Shown here: positions 10,182-20,868 of the stretch, piece by piece
Numbering within the stretch: the stretch's first letter is position 1
Layout of the letters: each line of letters opens with the position of its first letter
Assembly: GCA_963748215.1 (NCBI GenBank)
Contig: CAVVHS010000007.1
Location: forward strand, 1 to 64,000
Length of the DNA: 64,000 nucleotides
DNA from: an uncultured Gammaproteobacteria bacterium
GTDB lineage: Bacteria; Pseudomonadota; Gammaproteobacteria; UBA9214
Direction: 5' to 3'
Made by a program: the position numbers and the translations under genes
The notes under the pieces: generated by a model
What the model was told of the DNA's origin: nothing
The model's database searches: none
The model's input: the letters and a program-made list of their open reading frames with translations, nothing else

Positions 10182-13100
10182 TTACTGCCCGGCGCGGTAG
10201 CGGGTGTTGTATCGCGCATGCAGTGCGTCGCGCGGTTCACTCGGCAGTCCGGAGGAGGGTAGTGGCTCCAGTGTGCTGCCATGCGCCGTGTACAGGTCCA
10301 TGTCCTTGGTCCAGCCATTGGCCTGGACCACGAAACGGCGGCTCCAGCCGTCCGGCAACGCCGGCAGCTCGGCCGCGAATTCCAGCTGTACTTCCTCGCC
10401 GGGGCCGATGATGGCGGTCGCATCGTCCTGCGTGGCGAGCAGTTCCGTGACCGGGCCGAACGCGGTGTAGTGACCGGCCTGATGGCGCGTGTCCCAGAGC
10501 GGGCTGCGCCGGGTGTAATCGTAGTGCGGCTGGCGCTGCGGGCCGGTACTGCGCTGTGCAAATCCGCTTTCCGCAAGTTGCGCTGCTGCAAGTTGCAGGT
10601 CCGTGCGGCGTGCCTGTGGCAGCGGTGCGGCCTGAACCACCGCCACGCGGTCCCAGTAGATCTCCTGGTTGGTGGTCAGGCGCAGGGCGTCGGTTCCGGC
10701 TGGCAGACCGGCAAGCGGTACCGACATGCGCCGCGGCATGCCGGCGGGGTAGCCGAATTCCGCCAGCACGGTATGCCACCGGCCATCGCCGCCGCGTGCC
10801 TCCAGTGTCGGTGCGCGGTAGTCGGCCTGTGCCTGCCAGGCGGCGAACATAGTCTGGGAGTAGGGGTACTCGACCCAGCCGTCGATCACCAGCACCGGTT
10901 GTGTGTCAGTGAGTGGTTCGGCGAATTCCAGCGTCAGCACCTGGTCGTTCGCCAGCCGGCCGATAAAACGCCGGTCCAGTGCGCCCACCGGTGCGGCCTG
11001 CAGGTCGGCGGCCGTGACGAGCGCGGTGACGTCGCTGCCGTCACGCGTCGTGGCGCGCACCGGCTGCCGTTCATCCCGGAAAAACACGGCTGCACCGGTA
11101 GCCTTCGGGCCGGCGATGGCCATCCGCTCGTCCAGCACCAGGTCCCAGCCCGGCGGCAGGTCCCAGGCGACCAGGCGCACGGCATCGAGATAGGCCGCTT
11201 CCTCCATGGGTTCGCCGATCTTCAGCACGTAACGGCCGTCGCGCGGCGCGGGCAGGCCGGCCGGCAGCAGGAAGTTTTCGTGCGGCCGCGGCGGCGCATA
11301 CATCCCGGGCGCGATGAAGTAGCCCAGCCCGCCGACGCCGAGCAGATCGCTGACGAAGGCATGGCGGGTGCCGTCCCAGGCAAACAGCACCGGGCAGCTG
11401 GACAGCTGGCGCTCGGTTTCCACGATGGGATGCAGCTGGCCGGTCGCCAGGTCCAGCTCGGACTGCAGCACGCCGTCCGACCAGGTAAGGGACACGAAGT
11501 CGAGTTGCGGTGCGCCGCCCAGGCCGGTCACCACCGGCTGCAGGCCCTGTCCGGGTGCGGAATGCCGCCGCCAGGTGTCGGTCAGGATCCAGCGGTCGCC
11601 GCTGCGCAGCGCCAGCCGGGTGCCGATGCCCGAGGCGTTGGAACGCATGGTCGCGCCGGTGTCGTCGCGCCCGCCGGGCGCCAGGCCGATGAAGGCATAG
11701 CGGCCGGCCCCCGGCTGCCACACCCGCAGTGCGTGGTCCGTGTCCAGTGCGGCCACGGCGGGCCCGTGTGCAATGTCGCTGACCACGCTGGTCCAGGCCA
11801 GCAAACCGGGTGAATCAGTCGCGTTGAACATCGGCGCCATGCCTGCGTCCTGCAACACATAGACACCCCAGCCCGTCCCGGTGGCCAGTAACAGGTCGCC
11901 ATGACCGTCGCCGTCAAAGTCGCGCAGTTCCAGTTGCGGTTGCGCGGCAGGCGGCACGCTACCGATGTCAGTCTGCCGCCAGTCGCCATCGGTGCCGATG
12001 TTCCAGCGCAGCACACGGCCTTCTGTCGTCAGCGCATAGAGCTCCGGCCAACCGTCGGCGTCGTTGTCGCCGCTGACCAGCGCGGCCATGGGTGTATTGA
12101 CGAACGCATCCAGGTCGTCCGCGGCACGGTAGTTCCAGCCCAGCTCGTTGATGTACACCGCATGCGGCGGGGCGACGTGCAGGGTGATGATGTCGGTGTC
12201 GCGGTCATTGTCGATATCCAGCAGCAGCACCTGGCGCGTATCGGGCCGGTCGCCGGCCAGGCCGCGTTCCACGGCCAGGGGACGGAACGTGCCGTCGAGG
12301 TTGTTGTTGAGCAGCTCGTCGGGTCCGTCGCTGTTGACCAGGAACAGGTCGAGATCGCCGTCGTGGTCGGCATCGAACAGCGCGCCGTCGACGGTGTCGA
12401 AATCGCCATTGCCGGTCTGTGTCGCGTCGGTAACGTCCTGCCAGCCGCCATCGGCCGAATGCCGCCACAACTGGTTGGGCCCGCGCCGGCACAGGTACAC
12501 GTCGGTGTGACCGTCGTTGTCGAAATCGCCCCACAGCGCCGTGTTCACGGCCGCCACGGCGGCGAGCGGGTGGTCGTCAGCCACGGCAAAGGTGCCGTCG
12601 GCGCGGCCCGTCAGCACTGCGTTGTGTGCACCGGTGCGCGCGGCGCTGCCGGCGATAAACAGGTCGGGCCGGCCGTCGCCGTCGATGTCGGCGACGGTCA
12701 GGTTCGAAGCCCCGCCGGCGGCTGCCAGCGGCAGTGCGGTCCCGGGTGTGGCGAACAGCGCGCCGGACGGGCGTTGCACGGGCGCCGCCGCTGTTTTGCC
12801 CGGTGCGGCGGCCTCGCACTTCGGACCCATGCGCGTGTACTTGAACTCGACCAGCTGTGCGCGCGGGTTGTCGGCCAGTTGGGTGTACAGGTCGAGGTAG
12901 CGACCGGCCGCGTCGCTCTTGCCCTGCTGGCGATACAGCTGCGCCAGGGCGTAGTAGGCGCTGCGCAGGTAGGGATCGGTGTCCAGTGCGCGCCGGTACC
13001 AATCCAGCGCGGCGCTGTTGTCACCGCGCTGTTGCAGCGACTGCGCCAGGAAGTAGGCCGCGTAGGGATCCTTCGGATCGGCTGCCAGCACGGTGTGCAG

Positions 13101-13502
13101 GTGCTCGGCGGCGCGTTCCAGTTCGCCGCGGCGGAACTCCAGCAGGCCGGCGCAGTAGCGTGCCTGCAGGTCAGCGGGTTGTTCGGCAAGCAGCGCGTCG
13201 AAATGGGCCAGTGCCTTCGTCTCGTCGCCGTCCAGCTGGCGGTTCATCTGCGCCACGGCGAGATTGAAGCGGAATGTGCCCTGGTGCGGATATCGCTCTG
13301 CAAGCTGCTCGAAGATCTGCAGGGCGGCGGCGTAGTCGTAACGCCCCATCAGGCCCATGCCGCGATTGTTGAGCGCGATGGCCGCGGCATCCGGAACCAC
13401 CGGCTGCGCGTCCTGTCCGGTGCGCTCGCAGCCACACAGTGTCAGCAACAGGCAGCAGGGCAGCAGCCAGGTTCTCAGTCGATGTCGGAAGGTCGGGTTC
13501 AT
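10182..13502 (-). CDS. Large TPR + FG-GAP (CRTAC1/ASPIC-UnbV-like) lipoprotein, 1106 aa
   Basis: Lipobox LCGC; N-terminal TPRs; DxDxDG repeats; NASGIGTRL...GLG...TWSDG UnbV-like segment; SSCPVLFAWDG C-terminal domain. Confidence 0.9.
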   Translation of the reverse strand: MNPTFRHRLRTWLLPCCLLLTLCGCERTGQDAQPVVPDAAAIALNNRGMGLMGRYDYAAALQIFEQLAERYPHQGTFRFNLAVAQMNRQLDGDETKALAHFDALLAEQPADLQARYCAGLLEFRRGELERAAEHLHTVLAADPKDPYAAYFLAQSLQQRGDNSAALDWYRRALDTDPYLRSAYYALAQLYRQQGKSDAAGRYLDLYTQLADNPRAQLVEFKYTRMGPKCEAAAPGKTAAAPVQRPSGALFATPGTALPLAAAGGASNLTVADIDGDGRPDLFIAGSAARTGAHNAVLTGRADGTFAVADDHPLAAVAAVNTALWGDFDNDGHTDVYLCRRGPNQLWRHSADGGWQDVTDATQTGNGDFDTVDGALFDADHDGDLDLFLVNSDGPDELLNNNLDGTFRPLAVERGLAGDRPDTRQVLLLDIDNDRDTDIITLHVAPPHAVYINELGWNYRAADDLDAFVNTPMAALVSGDNDADGWPELYALTTEGRVLRWNIGTDGDWRQTDIGSVPPAAQPQLELRDFDGDGHGDLLLATGTGWGVYVLQDAGMAPMFNATDSPGLLAWTSVVSDIAHGPAVAALDTDHALRVWQPGAGRYAFIGLAPGGRDDTGATMRSNASGIGTRLALRSGDRWILTDTWRRHSAPGQGLQPVVTGLGGAPQLDFVSLTWSDGVLQSELDLATGQLHPIVETERQLSSCPVLFAWDGTRHAFVSDLLGVGGLGYFIAPGMYAPPRPHENFLLPAGLPAPRDGRYVLKIGEPMEEAAYLDAVRLVAWDLPPGWDLVLDERMAIAGPKATGAAVFFRDERQPVRATTRDGSDVTALVTAADLQAAPVGALDRRFIGRLANDQVLTLEFAEPLTDTQPVLVIDGWVEYPYSQTMFAAWQAQADYRAPTLEARGGDGRWHTVLAEFGYPAGMPRRMSVPLAGLPAGTDALRLTTNQEIYWDRVAVVQAAPLPQARRTDLQLAAAQLAESGFAQRSTGPQRQPHYDYTRRSPLWDTRHQAGHYTAFGPVTELLATQDDATAIIGPGEEVQLEFAAELPALPDGWSRRFVVQANGWTKDMDLYTAHGSTLEPLPSSGLPSEPRDALHARYNTRYRAGQ

Positions 13503-13980
13503 CCTGCAGGAGTATGCAGGATACAGCAGGCCGGCGCATGCGGCAGTCGTGCGTTCACGTTTCGGGCTCCGGATGTCTGTTGCGCTGGTGCATGGGTCTT
13601 CCTGTGTTGAGCCGGGTGCGGCATCGCGCTTCGGGTCATTGTAGGAAGATAATACAGTGTCGCCAATGTTTCACTGCAGGGTATTGCGCTGCTGTCGCAT
13701 ATGGCGTCGGTCGCCGGGACGCGCATGCCTGAGGGGCGCCGCGTAGAGTGCGATCACCGCTCCCGCTCACCCGCTCACCCGACACGCGTCCACGAGCGGC
13801 AGCCACGTGACCATCAGCCGGAACCGATCCGGATACTGCGCGATCTGGAGCATTCGCTGCGTGCCGTCAACTCGATGCCGTGGCTGTGCAAGGCGCGCCG
13901 GCGCCGCCCTGCATGGCGATCTTTGTTCTACACTTGGGGTAGCGGGATTAACAGCGTGCGCGACAGCGCGGGAGGTGGTC

Positions 13981-14475
13981 GTGAAAGCGCGGCAACTGGG
14001 TGGCTGGCAGCGTCTGCCGAGTGGTTATGACGTCGAGTTCCGGCATGGAGTCCCGGTGCGGCTGTCGAATAACGGCAGGCGCGGGGTGTTGTCGGAGTCG
14101 GAAGTGTGCGCGGAGGTCGAGGCGCTGGGCGGCTTGGCGGTTGAGGCTGGCGAGTGGGTCGACGGTGAGAAACCGGGAGAGCGGGAAGCCCCGCTGTTTG
14201 TGGATGGCGATGCGTTTGCCGAGGTGCTCGGGCGACTGGCGCGTGCGTCGGCGGCGCTGTTCGTCGATCGCTTTCACAAGCCGGTCGATGACGTTGACGT
14301 CGACTGGGACCGTCTGGAATACCTGAAGGATTTCGGCGCGGCGCTGGGCCATTGCCGGCTGGTGGCGACCGATGTCGACCAGGATGCCTGCTTCGACGAC
14401 TACGCCGAGATCATGCACCGTACAGCGCGCCGGCTGGTGCGTGCCCGGACTCAACCACCCGTGGAGCCGGAGTGA
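13981..14475 (+). CDS. Hypothetical protein
   Basis: GTG start after ggaggt RBS; GC-rich codon usage; ends 4 nt before the next gene. Confidence 0.65.
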   Translation: MKARQLGGWQRLPSGYDVEFRHGVPVRLSNNGRRGVLSESEVCAEVEALGGLAVEAGEWVDGEKPGEREAPLFVDGDAFAEVLGRLARASAALFVDRFHKPVDDVDVDWDRLEYLKDFGAALGHCRLVATDVDQDACFDDYAEIMHRTARRLVRARTQPPVEPE

Positions 14476-14479
14476 CAGC

Positions 14480-15154
14480 ATGACGGAGCGGGAACAGACG
14501 CAGGCGGCGTTGTGCGGGCGCATCCTGGATACGGCGCTGACGCTGGCGGAGGAGCGTGGCTCGTGGGCGTCGCTGCGCCTGCACGAGGTGGCCGACGCGC
14601 TGGATATCCCGCTGGCCGAAATCCTTGCCTGCTATGCGCAGCAGGACGACCTGGCCGAGGCGTGGTTCGACCGCGCCGACCGCGCCGCCCTGCGGGTGCG
14701 CGAAGACAGCGACTTTGCTGACCTGCCGCCGGCCGCGCGGCTGGAACGTGTCATGCTGGCCTGGCTGGAAGCCCTGCAGCCGCATCGTCGCCTGACGCGC
14801 GGTATGCTGGCCTACAAGCTGGAGCCCGGTCACCTGCACCTGCAGTTGCCGGGTCTCGCGCGTGTCAGCCGTACCGTGCAGTGGTTCCGCGAGGCCGCGC
14901 AGCAGGACAGCACGGGCCTGCGGCGCATCGTCGAGGAGACCACGCTGACGCTGATCTATTTGCGTGCCTTCGCACGCTGGCTGTACGACGATTCGGCTGG
15001 CGCCCGCCACACGCATGACTGGCTGGCGCGTGCACTGCAACGCCACGCTGGCTGCCGGGCGCAGGCAGCAGTCCGCTCGTCTGCGGCGTCGGACCGCCGT
15101 GCAGACGTGCCTGGCACGAGGGAGGGTCAAGCAGGTTCGGGCACCGCCGGCTGA
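14480..15154 (+). CDS. TetR/AcrR family transcriptional regulator
   Basis: ILDTALTLAEERGSWASLRLHEVADALDIPL HTH; DLAEAWFDRAD. Confidence 0.8.
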   Translation: MTEREQTQAALCGRILDTALTLAEERGSWASLRLHEVADALDIPLAEILACYAQQDDLAEAWFDRADRAALRVREDSDFADLPPAARLERVMLAWLEALQPHRRLTRGMLAYKLEPGHLHLQLPGLARVSRTVQWFREAAQQDSTGLRRIVEETTLTLIYLRAFARWLYDDSAGARHTHDWLARALQRHAGCRAQAAVRSSAASDRRADVPGTREGQAGSGTAG

Positions 15155-15180
15155 CGGCACCTGTGCCATGCGCGCGGCGC

Positions 15181-15939
15181 TCAGTCGGCGCCGGGTTTGG
15201 GGCCGAACAGCGAACCGATGCTGTCCAGCGGCAGCGGAAACACGATGGTCGAACTTTTCTCGCCGGCGATCTCGGTCAGCGTCTGCAGATAGCGCAGCTG
15301 CAGCGATTGCGGCTGCTGGTTCAGTATGCGCGCCGCCTCGACCAGTTTTACCGCCGCCTGCATCTCGCCCTCGGCGTGGATGACCTTGGCGCGCCGTTCG
15401 CGCTCGGCCTCTGCCTGGCGGGCGATGGCGCGCACCATGCTCTCGTCGATGTCGACATGCTTGATCTCCACGTTGGCGACCTTGATGCCCCAGGCATCGG
15501 TCTGCCGGTCCAGGATGGTCTGGATATCGACGTTGAGCTTGTCGCGCTCGGCCAGCATGTCATCCAGCTCGTGCTGGCCAAGCACCGAGCGCAGCGTGGT
15601 CTGTGCCAGCTGGCTGGTGGCGGCAAGGTAATCCTCGACCTGGATGATGGCCTTCTGCGGATCGATCACGCGAAAGTAGAGCACGGCGTTGACCTTGACC
15701 GAGACGTTGTCGCGCGAGATCACGTCCTGGCTCGGCACGTCCATCACCACCGTGCGCAGGTCGACCTTGACCATCTGCTGGATGACCGGGATGACGATGA
15801 TCAGGCCGGGGCCCTTGACCTTCCAGAAGCGGCCCAGGGTGAAGATCACGCCACGTTCGTACTCGCGCAGGACGCGGAAGGTGTAGAGCAGCAGCGCGAC
15901 GATGACCACCACTGCACCAAAAATACCTGTAATACCCAT
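15181..15939 (-). CDS. Slipin/stomatin (SPFH, band 7) protein
   Basis: [47 protein letters not shown]. Confidence 0.95.
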   Translation of the reverse strand: MGITGIFGAVVVIVALLLYTFRVLREYERGVIFTLGRFWKVKGPGLIIVIPVIQQMVKVDLRTVVMDVPSQDVISRDNVSVKVNAVLYFRVIDPQKAIIQVEDYLAATSQLAQTTLRSVLGQHELDDMLAERDKLNVDIQTILDRQTDAWGIKVANVEIKHVDIDESMVRAIARQAEAERERRAKVIHAEGEMQAAVKLVEAARILNQQPQSLQLRYLQTLTEIAGEKSSTIVFPLPLDSIGSLFGPKPGAD

Positions 15940-15940
15940 A

Positions 15941-17317
15941 TCAATTCTCCTCGTTGATGTGCCGTACCTGCAGGACCAGACCCTCGATGGCGATCACCCG
16001 GAGCTTGTCGCCTCGGGTTACCGGTTGTGCAGACTCCACGCGCCAGGTCTCGCCATGCACGAGCATCCTGCCCTGGCCCTGGAAATCCTCCAGCGCCTCG
16101 CCGATGGAATGCAGCATTTCCTCCCGGCCGCTCACCACGGGCCGCCGGCGCGCCTTGATGGCGGCACCGACGATGAACAGGAAAAAGCCCGCACTGGCGA
16201 CGGCCAGTGTCAGGATCAGCGGCAGGGACACGGCATACCCCGTGCTCTCCTGGTCGAACAGGATGACGGAACCGGTGACGAAGGCGATCAGGCCGCCGAT
16301 GCCGAGTGCGCCGAAGCTGGGCACGAAGGCCTCGGCCAGCATGAAGATGATGCCCAGTGCCACCAGGGCGAGGCCCGCGTAATTGACCGGCAGGATCTGA
16401 AAGGCATACAGCGCCAGCAACAGGCTGATTGCCCCGGCGACACCCGGCAGGACATAGCCCGGGTTGGCGAATTCGAAGAACAGGCCGTAAATCCCGATCA
16501 GCATCAGGATGTAGGCGATGTTCGGGTCGGTGATGACGCTCAGCAGGCGGCTGCGCCAGTCCGGCTCGATGGGCAGCAGTGTCAGGCCCTGCGTGTCCAG
16601 CACCCGGTCGATGCCCGACACGTTCACCGTGCGACCGTGCAGCTGCTGCAACAGGTCGGGCACGCCGGTGGCCACGATGTCGATCACGTTCAGCTCGCGG
16701 GCTTCTTCCGCAGGCAGGCTGGCCGCCTCGCGCACTGCGCGCTCGGCCCAGTCGATATTGCGACCGCGCAGCTGTGCCAGGCTGCGGATATAGGCGACGG
16801 CGTCGTTCACCCGCTTGCTGGTCATGGCATCCTGCGGTTCACTGACGGGTTCTGATGCGTCCTGGTCCTGCGGCGGCTTTTTCTTCAGCAGGTCGTCGGC
16901 GTCCGGGATGCCGCCGATCTCGACCGGCGTCGCCGCGCCCAGGTTGGTACCGGGCGTCATGGCCGCGACATGACTGGCGTACAGGATATAGGTACCGGCA
17001 CTGGCGGCACGTGCGCCGCCGGGTGATACGTAGGTGACCACGGGCACCGCGGATACCAGGATGTCCTGGATCATGTCGCGCATGGCGGTGTCGAGTCCGC
17101 CCGGCGTATCCATGCGCAGGATGACGAGGCCGGCATCGCGTGCGCGCGCCGTTTCGAGGCCGCGCCCGACATAGTCGGCCGTGGCCGGGCCGATGGCGCC
17201 GTTGATCTCCAGCACGACGGCAACGCGCTCGATCGCCGCCGGATACCATGCCGGGGCAAGCGCCAGGACGAGCAGCAGCAGGGCGGGGATCGAGCGGCTG
17301 TGTTTCGAGAATCTCAT
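15941..17317 (-). CDS. nfeD: NfeD family membrane-bound serine protease
   Basis: [13 protein letters not shown] and GAATPV ClpP-like motifs; TM bundle; C-terminal OB fold; adjacent to stomatin. Confidence 0.92.
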   Translation of the reverse strand: MRFSKHSRSIPALLLLVLALAPAWYPAAIERVAVVLEINGAIGPATADYVGRGLETARARDAGLVILRMDTPGGLDTAMRDMIQDILVSAVPVVTYVSPGGARAASAGTYILYASHVAAMTPGTNLGAATPVEIGGIPDADDLLKKKPPQDQDASEPVSEPQDAMTSKRVNDAVAYIRSLAQLRGRNIDWAERAVREAASLPAEEARELNVIDIVATGVPDLLQQLHGRTVNVSGIDRVLDTQGLTLLPIEPDWRSRLLSVITDPNIAYILMLIGIYGLFFEFANPGYVLPGVAGAISLLLALYAFQILPVNYAGLALVALGIIFMLAEAFVPSFGALGIGGLIAFVTGSVILFDQESTGYAVSLPLILTLAVASAGFFLFIVGAAIKARRRPVVSGREEMLHSIGEALEDFQGQGRMLVHGETWRVESAQPVTRGDKLRVIAIEGLVLQVRHINEEN

Positions 17318-17391
17318 GGTAAGCTGACAGTAGCACAATGCCGGATAAACAGCAGCGCGGCGAGTGTGGTTTGCCGCGGGCCTAACGTGGC

Positions 17392-17466
17392 GGGGTCAGA
17401 GTCGTTTGATTTAGTGGGGAGCGCAGCCGATTGCAGGGCGCTGCAAAGTCAAACGACTCTGATCCC
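17392..17466. repeat. Inverted repeat pair (REP-like)
   Basis: ggggtcagagtcgtttgattt ... aaagtcaaacgactctgatccc. Confidence 0.7.
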
Positions 17467-17490
17467 ATGGATCTGTTGCGGAGGACAGGC

Positions 17491-17751
17491 ATGAAAAAAC
17501 TCAAGCACGAATCGGAACTGGTCAAGGAGGCCGTGCGCGCCGGCATGAAATACGGCGAGGAACGCGGTGCGGTTGAATTCGAACCGACGGATTCGCTCAA
17601 CGAACGTATCGAATATATCTACCGTCTGCTGGTGCACGACAAGGTCATCGCGCCCATGCCGGAGGAGCAGGTGTCGCAGCAGGCGATGCGCCACCGCCTC
17701 GCCATGTGGATGGTGCGGCAACTGCCGAAGGATCATCCGCTGCTGAAATAG
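17491..17751 (+). CDS. DUF5062 family small protein
   Basis: MKKLKHESELVKEA...FEPTDS...IEYIYRLLVHDK...HRLAMW; RBS ggagga. Confidence 0.8.
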   Translation: MKKLKHESELVKEAVRAGMKYGEERGAVEFEPTDSLNERIEYIYRLLVHDKVIAPMPEEQVSQQAMRHRLAMWMVRQLPKDHPLLK

Positions 17752-17800
17752 CCGCCTGTTCCAGTCCTTGCATCATCAATGCAGCGTGATAAAAATTTCA

Positions 17801-18138
17801 ATGGCCACGGAATCCACGGAAGAACACGGAAATATAAAAGAATCCAGGGTGCGCCATGGCATGAGAAGTGAATCGTGAATTACAGATACGATGATTCATG
17901 GCCACGGAAACACACGGAATGACACGGAAGAAAAAACACGGCGCATGTTCTATATACCATGGCGGTTTAGCTGTTGCTGACAGGAATTATTCCGTGTGCT
18001 TCCGTGTGTTTCCGTGGCCATTGATACCCTTGTAACCAGGAAAGACAGGTCATGCCCTGTGTGCCATGCGGGCCGAACGATTGCAGACAGAAATCTTTCC
18101 GTGTTCTTCCGTGGATTCTGTGGATTCCGTGGCCATTA
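17801..18138. repeat. Cluster of GGCCACGGAA-(ACACGGAA)n repeats in inverted arrangement
   Basis: Two forward units (~17801, ~17897) and two reverse units (~17990, ~18096); further copies at ~29069, ~29229, ~40709, ~40771 and ~52195. Confidence 0.8.
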
Positions 18139-18173
18139 TCCTGCTCATGCACTTCAGCAAGGCGCCCGGGGCG

Positions 18174-19580
18174 TTATGCTGCATCACATGCCGGCCTGAC
18201 CACTGCCGGTTGCGGGTGCTTCTGCAGGTAACGCAGCAGCAGCCGGTAGGTGTCGAGGTCGAAGGCGGGCGGTGGTGCGGATGCCAGCAGCTCCTCAACC
18301 TGCTCCGTATCCCGTGCGGCGCCCAGGTAGCACCAATGGTCGATTACGTGGATTTCCTCGCGACGGCTTTGCGGGCAGCGTTCGCGGATGCCGATGGCGC
18401 CCGGCCAGGGCCAGCGTGCCAGGCGCAGCGCGGAAAGCGCTTCGAGCATGCGCAGATGATGGCGGATTTCATCCTCATCCCCGATGCACACGCCGCGGCA
18501 TTTTTTCAGCGGGTGGCCGAAGCAGGCGCCGCTGTCCGCTTCCAGTCCCAGCCGCTTCAGGCACAGCGCGTGGCTGGTGGCGAGTTCATGCAGGGTTTTT
18601 TTTGCCTGGCGCCGGCTGCGGAAGACGCCGTACACGCCGGACAGGGCCGCGGCATCGAGCTGGCCGCCACTAACAAGTGCCGGTATCGCACCGGGCGTGC
18701 CGGCGTCCCAGTGCAGTGCCACCGGTTCCTGCTGGCTCCGGAGACGCCGGTTGTGCAGTGGCTGGCGTTGCCTGACCAGCCGGGCCTCGAGCAGCAGTGC
18801 GCCCAGCTCACCGGCGGTGGGAATGGTTTCGATGCGCGCGACCTCCTGCGCGATGCGTGCATCCACGCGCGAGCGCCGGTCGGCGGAAAAATGCGCCATG
18901 ATGCGCGTGCGCAGGTGATTGCTCTTGCCGACATACAGCAGCACGTCGCGGGCATCATGGAACAGGTAGACGCCGGGCGTGTCAGGCAGTGCATCGATAT
19001 CATTTTCGCTCAATCCCGGTGGCAGGGCGCGGCGCCTGAGGATGGCCGCGACAGCGGCATCGATACGGTCTGCAGGAACCGTGCGCCGGACCTGTTCGAC
19101 GAAGGCCAGCATGGCCTGTGCATCGCCGAGTGCGCGGTGCCGTGCCGCGCAGTCGAGCCCGTGTCGCTGGATCAGGCTGTCCAGGTTGTGACGCCGTTCC
19201 TGCGGAAAAAGGCGTCGCGACAGCTTGACCGTGCACAGTACTGGTGCGCGAAAGGTCAGCCCGCAGCGCTCGAAGGCCGTACGCAGGAAACCGTAATCGA
19301 AGCGTGCATTGTGGGCGATGAACAGGCGGCCGCTCAACGCCTCCAGCAGGTCCCCGGCAATCGCAGCGAACACGGGGGCGCCCGCCACCAGATCGTTGCT
19401 GATGCCGGTCAGAGACTGGATGTATTCGGGTATGCTGCATTCCGGGTCGACCAGCGTGCTCCATTCATTGACAACCTGGCCGGCGCGCGTCTCGATCACC
19501 GCGATCTCGGTGATGCGGTCATGCACCGGGCTGGTGCCGGTGGTCTCGAGGTCGACGAATACGGCGGGTTGCTGCAGCAT
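18174..19580 (-). CDS. DEDD 3'-5' exonuclease (DnaQ-like) fused to GIY-YIG (UvrC/Cho-like) domain
   Basis: VDLETTG, AHNARFD and HRALGDA; then LPDTPGVYLF...LYVGKS...RIMAHF. Confidence 0.92.
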   Translation of the reverse strand: MLQQPAVFVDLETTGTSPVHDRITEIAVIETRAGQVVNEWSTLVDPECSIPEYIQSLTGISNDLVAGAPVFAAIAGDLLEALSGRLFIAHNARFDYGFLRTAFERCGLTFRAPVLCTVKLSRRLFPQERRHNLDSLIQRHGLDCAARHRALGDAQAMLAFVEQVRRTVPADRIDAAVAAILRRRALPPGLSENDIDALPDTPGVYLFHDARDVLLYVGKSNHLRTRIMAHFSADRRSRVDARIAQEVARIETIPTAGELGALLLEARLVRQRQPLHNRRLRSQQEPVALHWDAGTPGAIPALVSGGQLDAAALSGVYGVFRSRRQAKKTLHELATSHALCLKRLGLEADSGACFGHPLKKCRGVCIGDEDEIRHHLRMLEALSALRLARWPWPGAIGIRERCPQSRREEIHVIDHWCYLGAARDTEQVEELLASAPPPAFDLDTYRLLLRYLQKHPQPAVVRPACDAA

Positions 19581-19778
19581 GGCTTACTGTACAGTGAAAT
19601 GATCGCAGATATCAAAATGCAGGCGGGTACGTCATGCTGTTGCGCAACAGGGCCCGGATCCCTATATCAGTCATTGAGTGAATTTTTATGACTTGATCGC
19701 AGTAATGAGGTTCTGATCCACTGCTGTCCCACATAATCACCAGGAAAGTTTATTGAATGCGGCTATTCCAGTGATTAG

Positions 19779-19943
19779 GGAAGCTCTGATTAATCCGTCA
19801 TTCCGGGCGAAGCCCGGACTTGATCCGGGGAGAGACCCGGAATCCAGATGTTACAGTTCAGGCTGTTACTGGATTCCGGCCCCTGCCTTCGCAGGGGCAG
19901 TCTCTGCGCCGGAATGACGAGCATTGAATTAATACGAGCTTCC
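19779..19943. mobile_element. MITE family B copy
   Basis: ggaagctctgattaat ... attaatacgagcttcc; flanks ttag/ctag; internal cgtcattccg...cggaatgacg. Confidence 0.75.
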
Positions 19944-19994
19944 CTAGATTATTTTGAGCGGTACGTGGACATGAAATTCCGGAACAACAATGAT

Positions 19995-20082
19995 GTCATA
20001 CCCGCGAAGGCGGGTATCCAGTCAGTTACTGAATGGCAGGGGTACAAAAAATCCTGTATTCCTGCCTTCGCGGGAATGACGG
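19995..20082. repeat. CGTC-type REP pair
   Basis: gtcatacccgcgaaggcgggtatccag ... attcctgccttcgcgggaatgac. Confidence 0.7.
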
Positions 20083-20199
20083 TCAGGTGGGACAGCAGTG
20101 GATCTGCCCCCTTTTACTGTTGCCGGCACTGGGGGAAACTTCATGTGGCGGCGACGGTCCATGTGCAGGTTCCTGATTGACTGTGCGGAGTGCAACACG

Positions 20200-20868
20200 A
20201 TGCGAATCCTGATTGTCGAAGACGATGCGGCACTGGCCGGCAGCCTGCAGTCGCGGCTGCGCCAGGAGGGCTTCGCCGTGGATGTCGCCGACAACGGCAT
20301 CGACGGTGAACACATGGGCCGGGAGGAGGCCTACGATGCCGTGATCCTCGATCTCGGACTGCCCGGGCGCCCCGGCCTCGAGGTGCTTGCGCGCTGGCGT
20401 ACGGATTCGATCGTCACCCCGGTCATCATCCTCACCGCGCGTGATGCCTGGCACGAGAAGGTGGACGGCTTCAAGGCGGGTGCCGACGATTATCTGGCCA
20501 AGCCGTTTCATGTCGAGGAGCTGCTGGCGCGCCTGCAGGCCGTGGTGCGGCGCAGCGTGACGCAATCCACTGGCACCCTGGCGGCCTGCGGCCTGACGCT
20601 GGACGAGGAGCGCAAGTCCTGCAGCCGTGACGACGGGACCGAGATAGAGCTGACCGGAACCGAGTTCCGCCTGTTGCGCTACCTCATGCTGCACCAGGGC
20701 AAGGTGCTGTCCAAGACACGACTGGCCGAGCATATCTACGAGTTCGATGACGAGCGCGACAGCAACGTGATCGAGGTCTATGTCACGCGCCTGCGCGGCA
20801 AGATCGGTAAGGACCTGATCACGACCCGGCGCGGCCAGGGATATATTTTCGGGGATCCCTGTCCGTGA
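20200..20868 (+). CDS. OmpR/PhoP family response regulator
   Basis: MRILIVEDD, ILDLGLPG, GADDYLAKPF, winged helix ending TRRGQGY. Confidence 0.95.
   Translation: MRILIVEDDAALAGSLQSRLRQEGFAVDVADNGIDGEHMGREEAYDAVILDLGLPGRPGLEVLARWRTDSIVTPVIILTARDAWHEKVDGFKAGADDYLAKPFHVEELLARLQAVVRRSVTQSTGTLAACGLTLDEERKSCSRDDGTEIELTGTEFRLLRYLMLHQGKVLSKTRLAEHIYEFDDERDSNVIEVYVTRLRGKIGKDLITTRRGQGYIFGDPCP

Noticed and set aside
13760-13900. Minus-strand stretch reading MLQIAQYPDRFRLMVTWLPLVDACR, possibly a gene remnant
   Set aside because: Too short to assign without a search.
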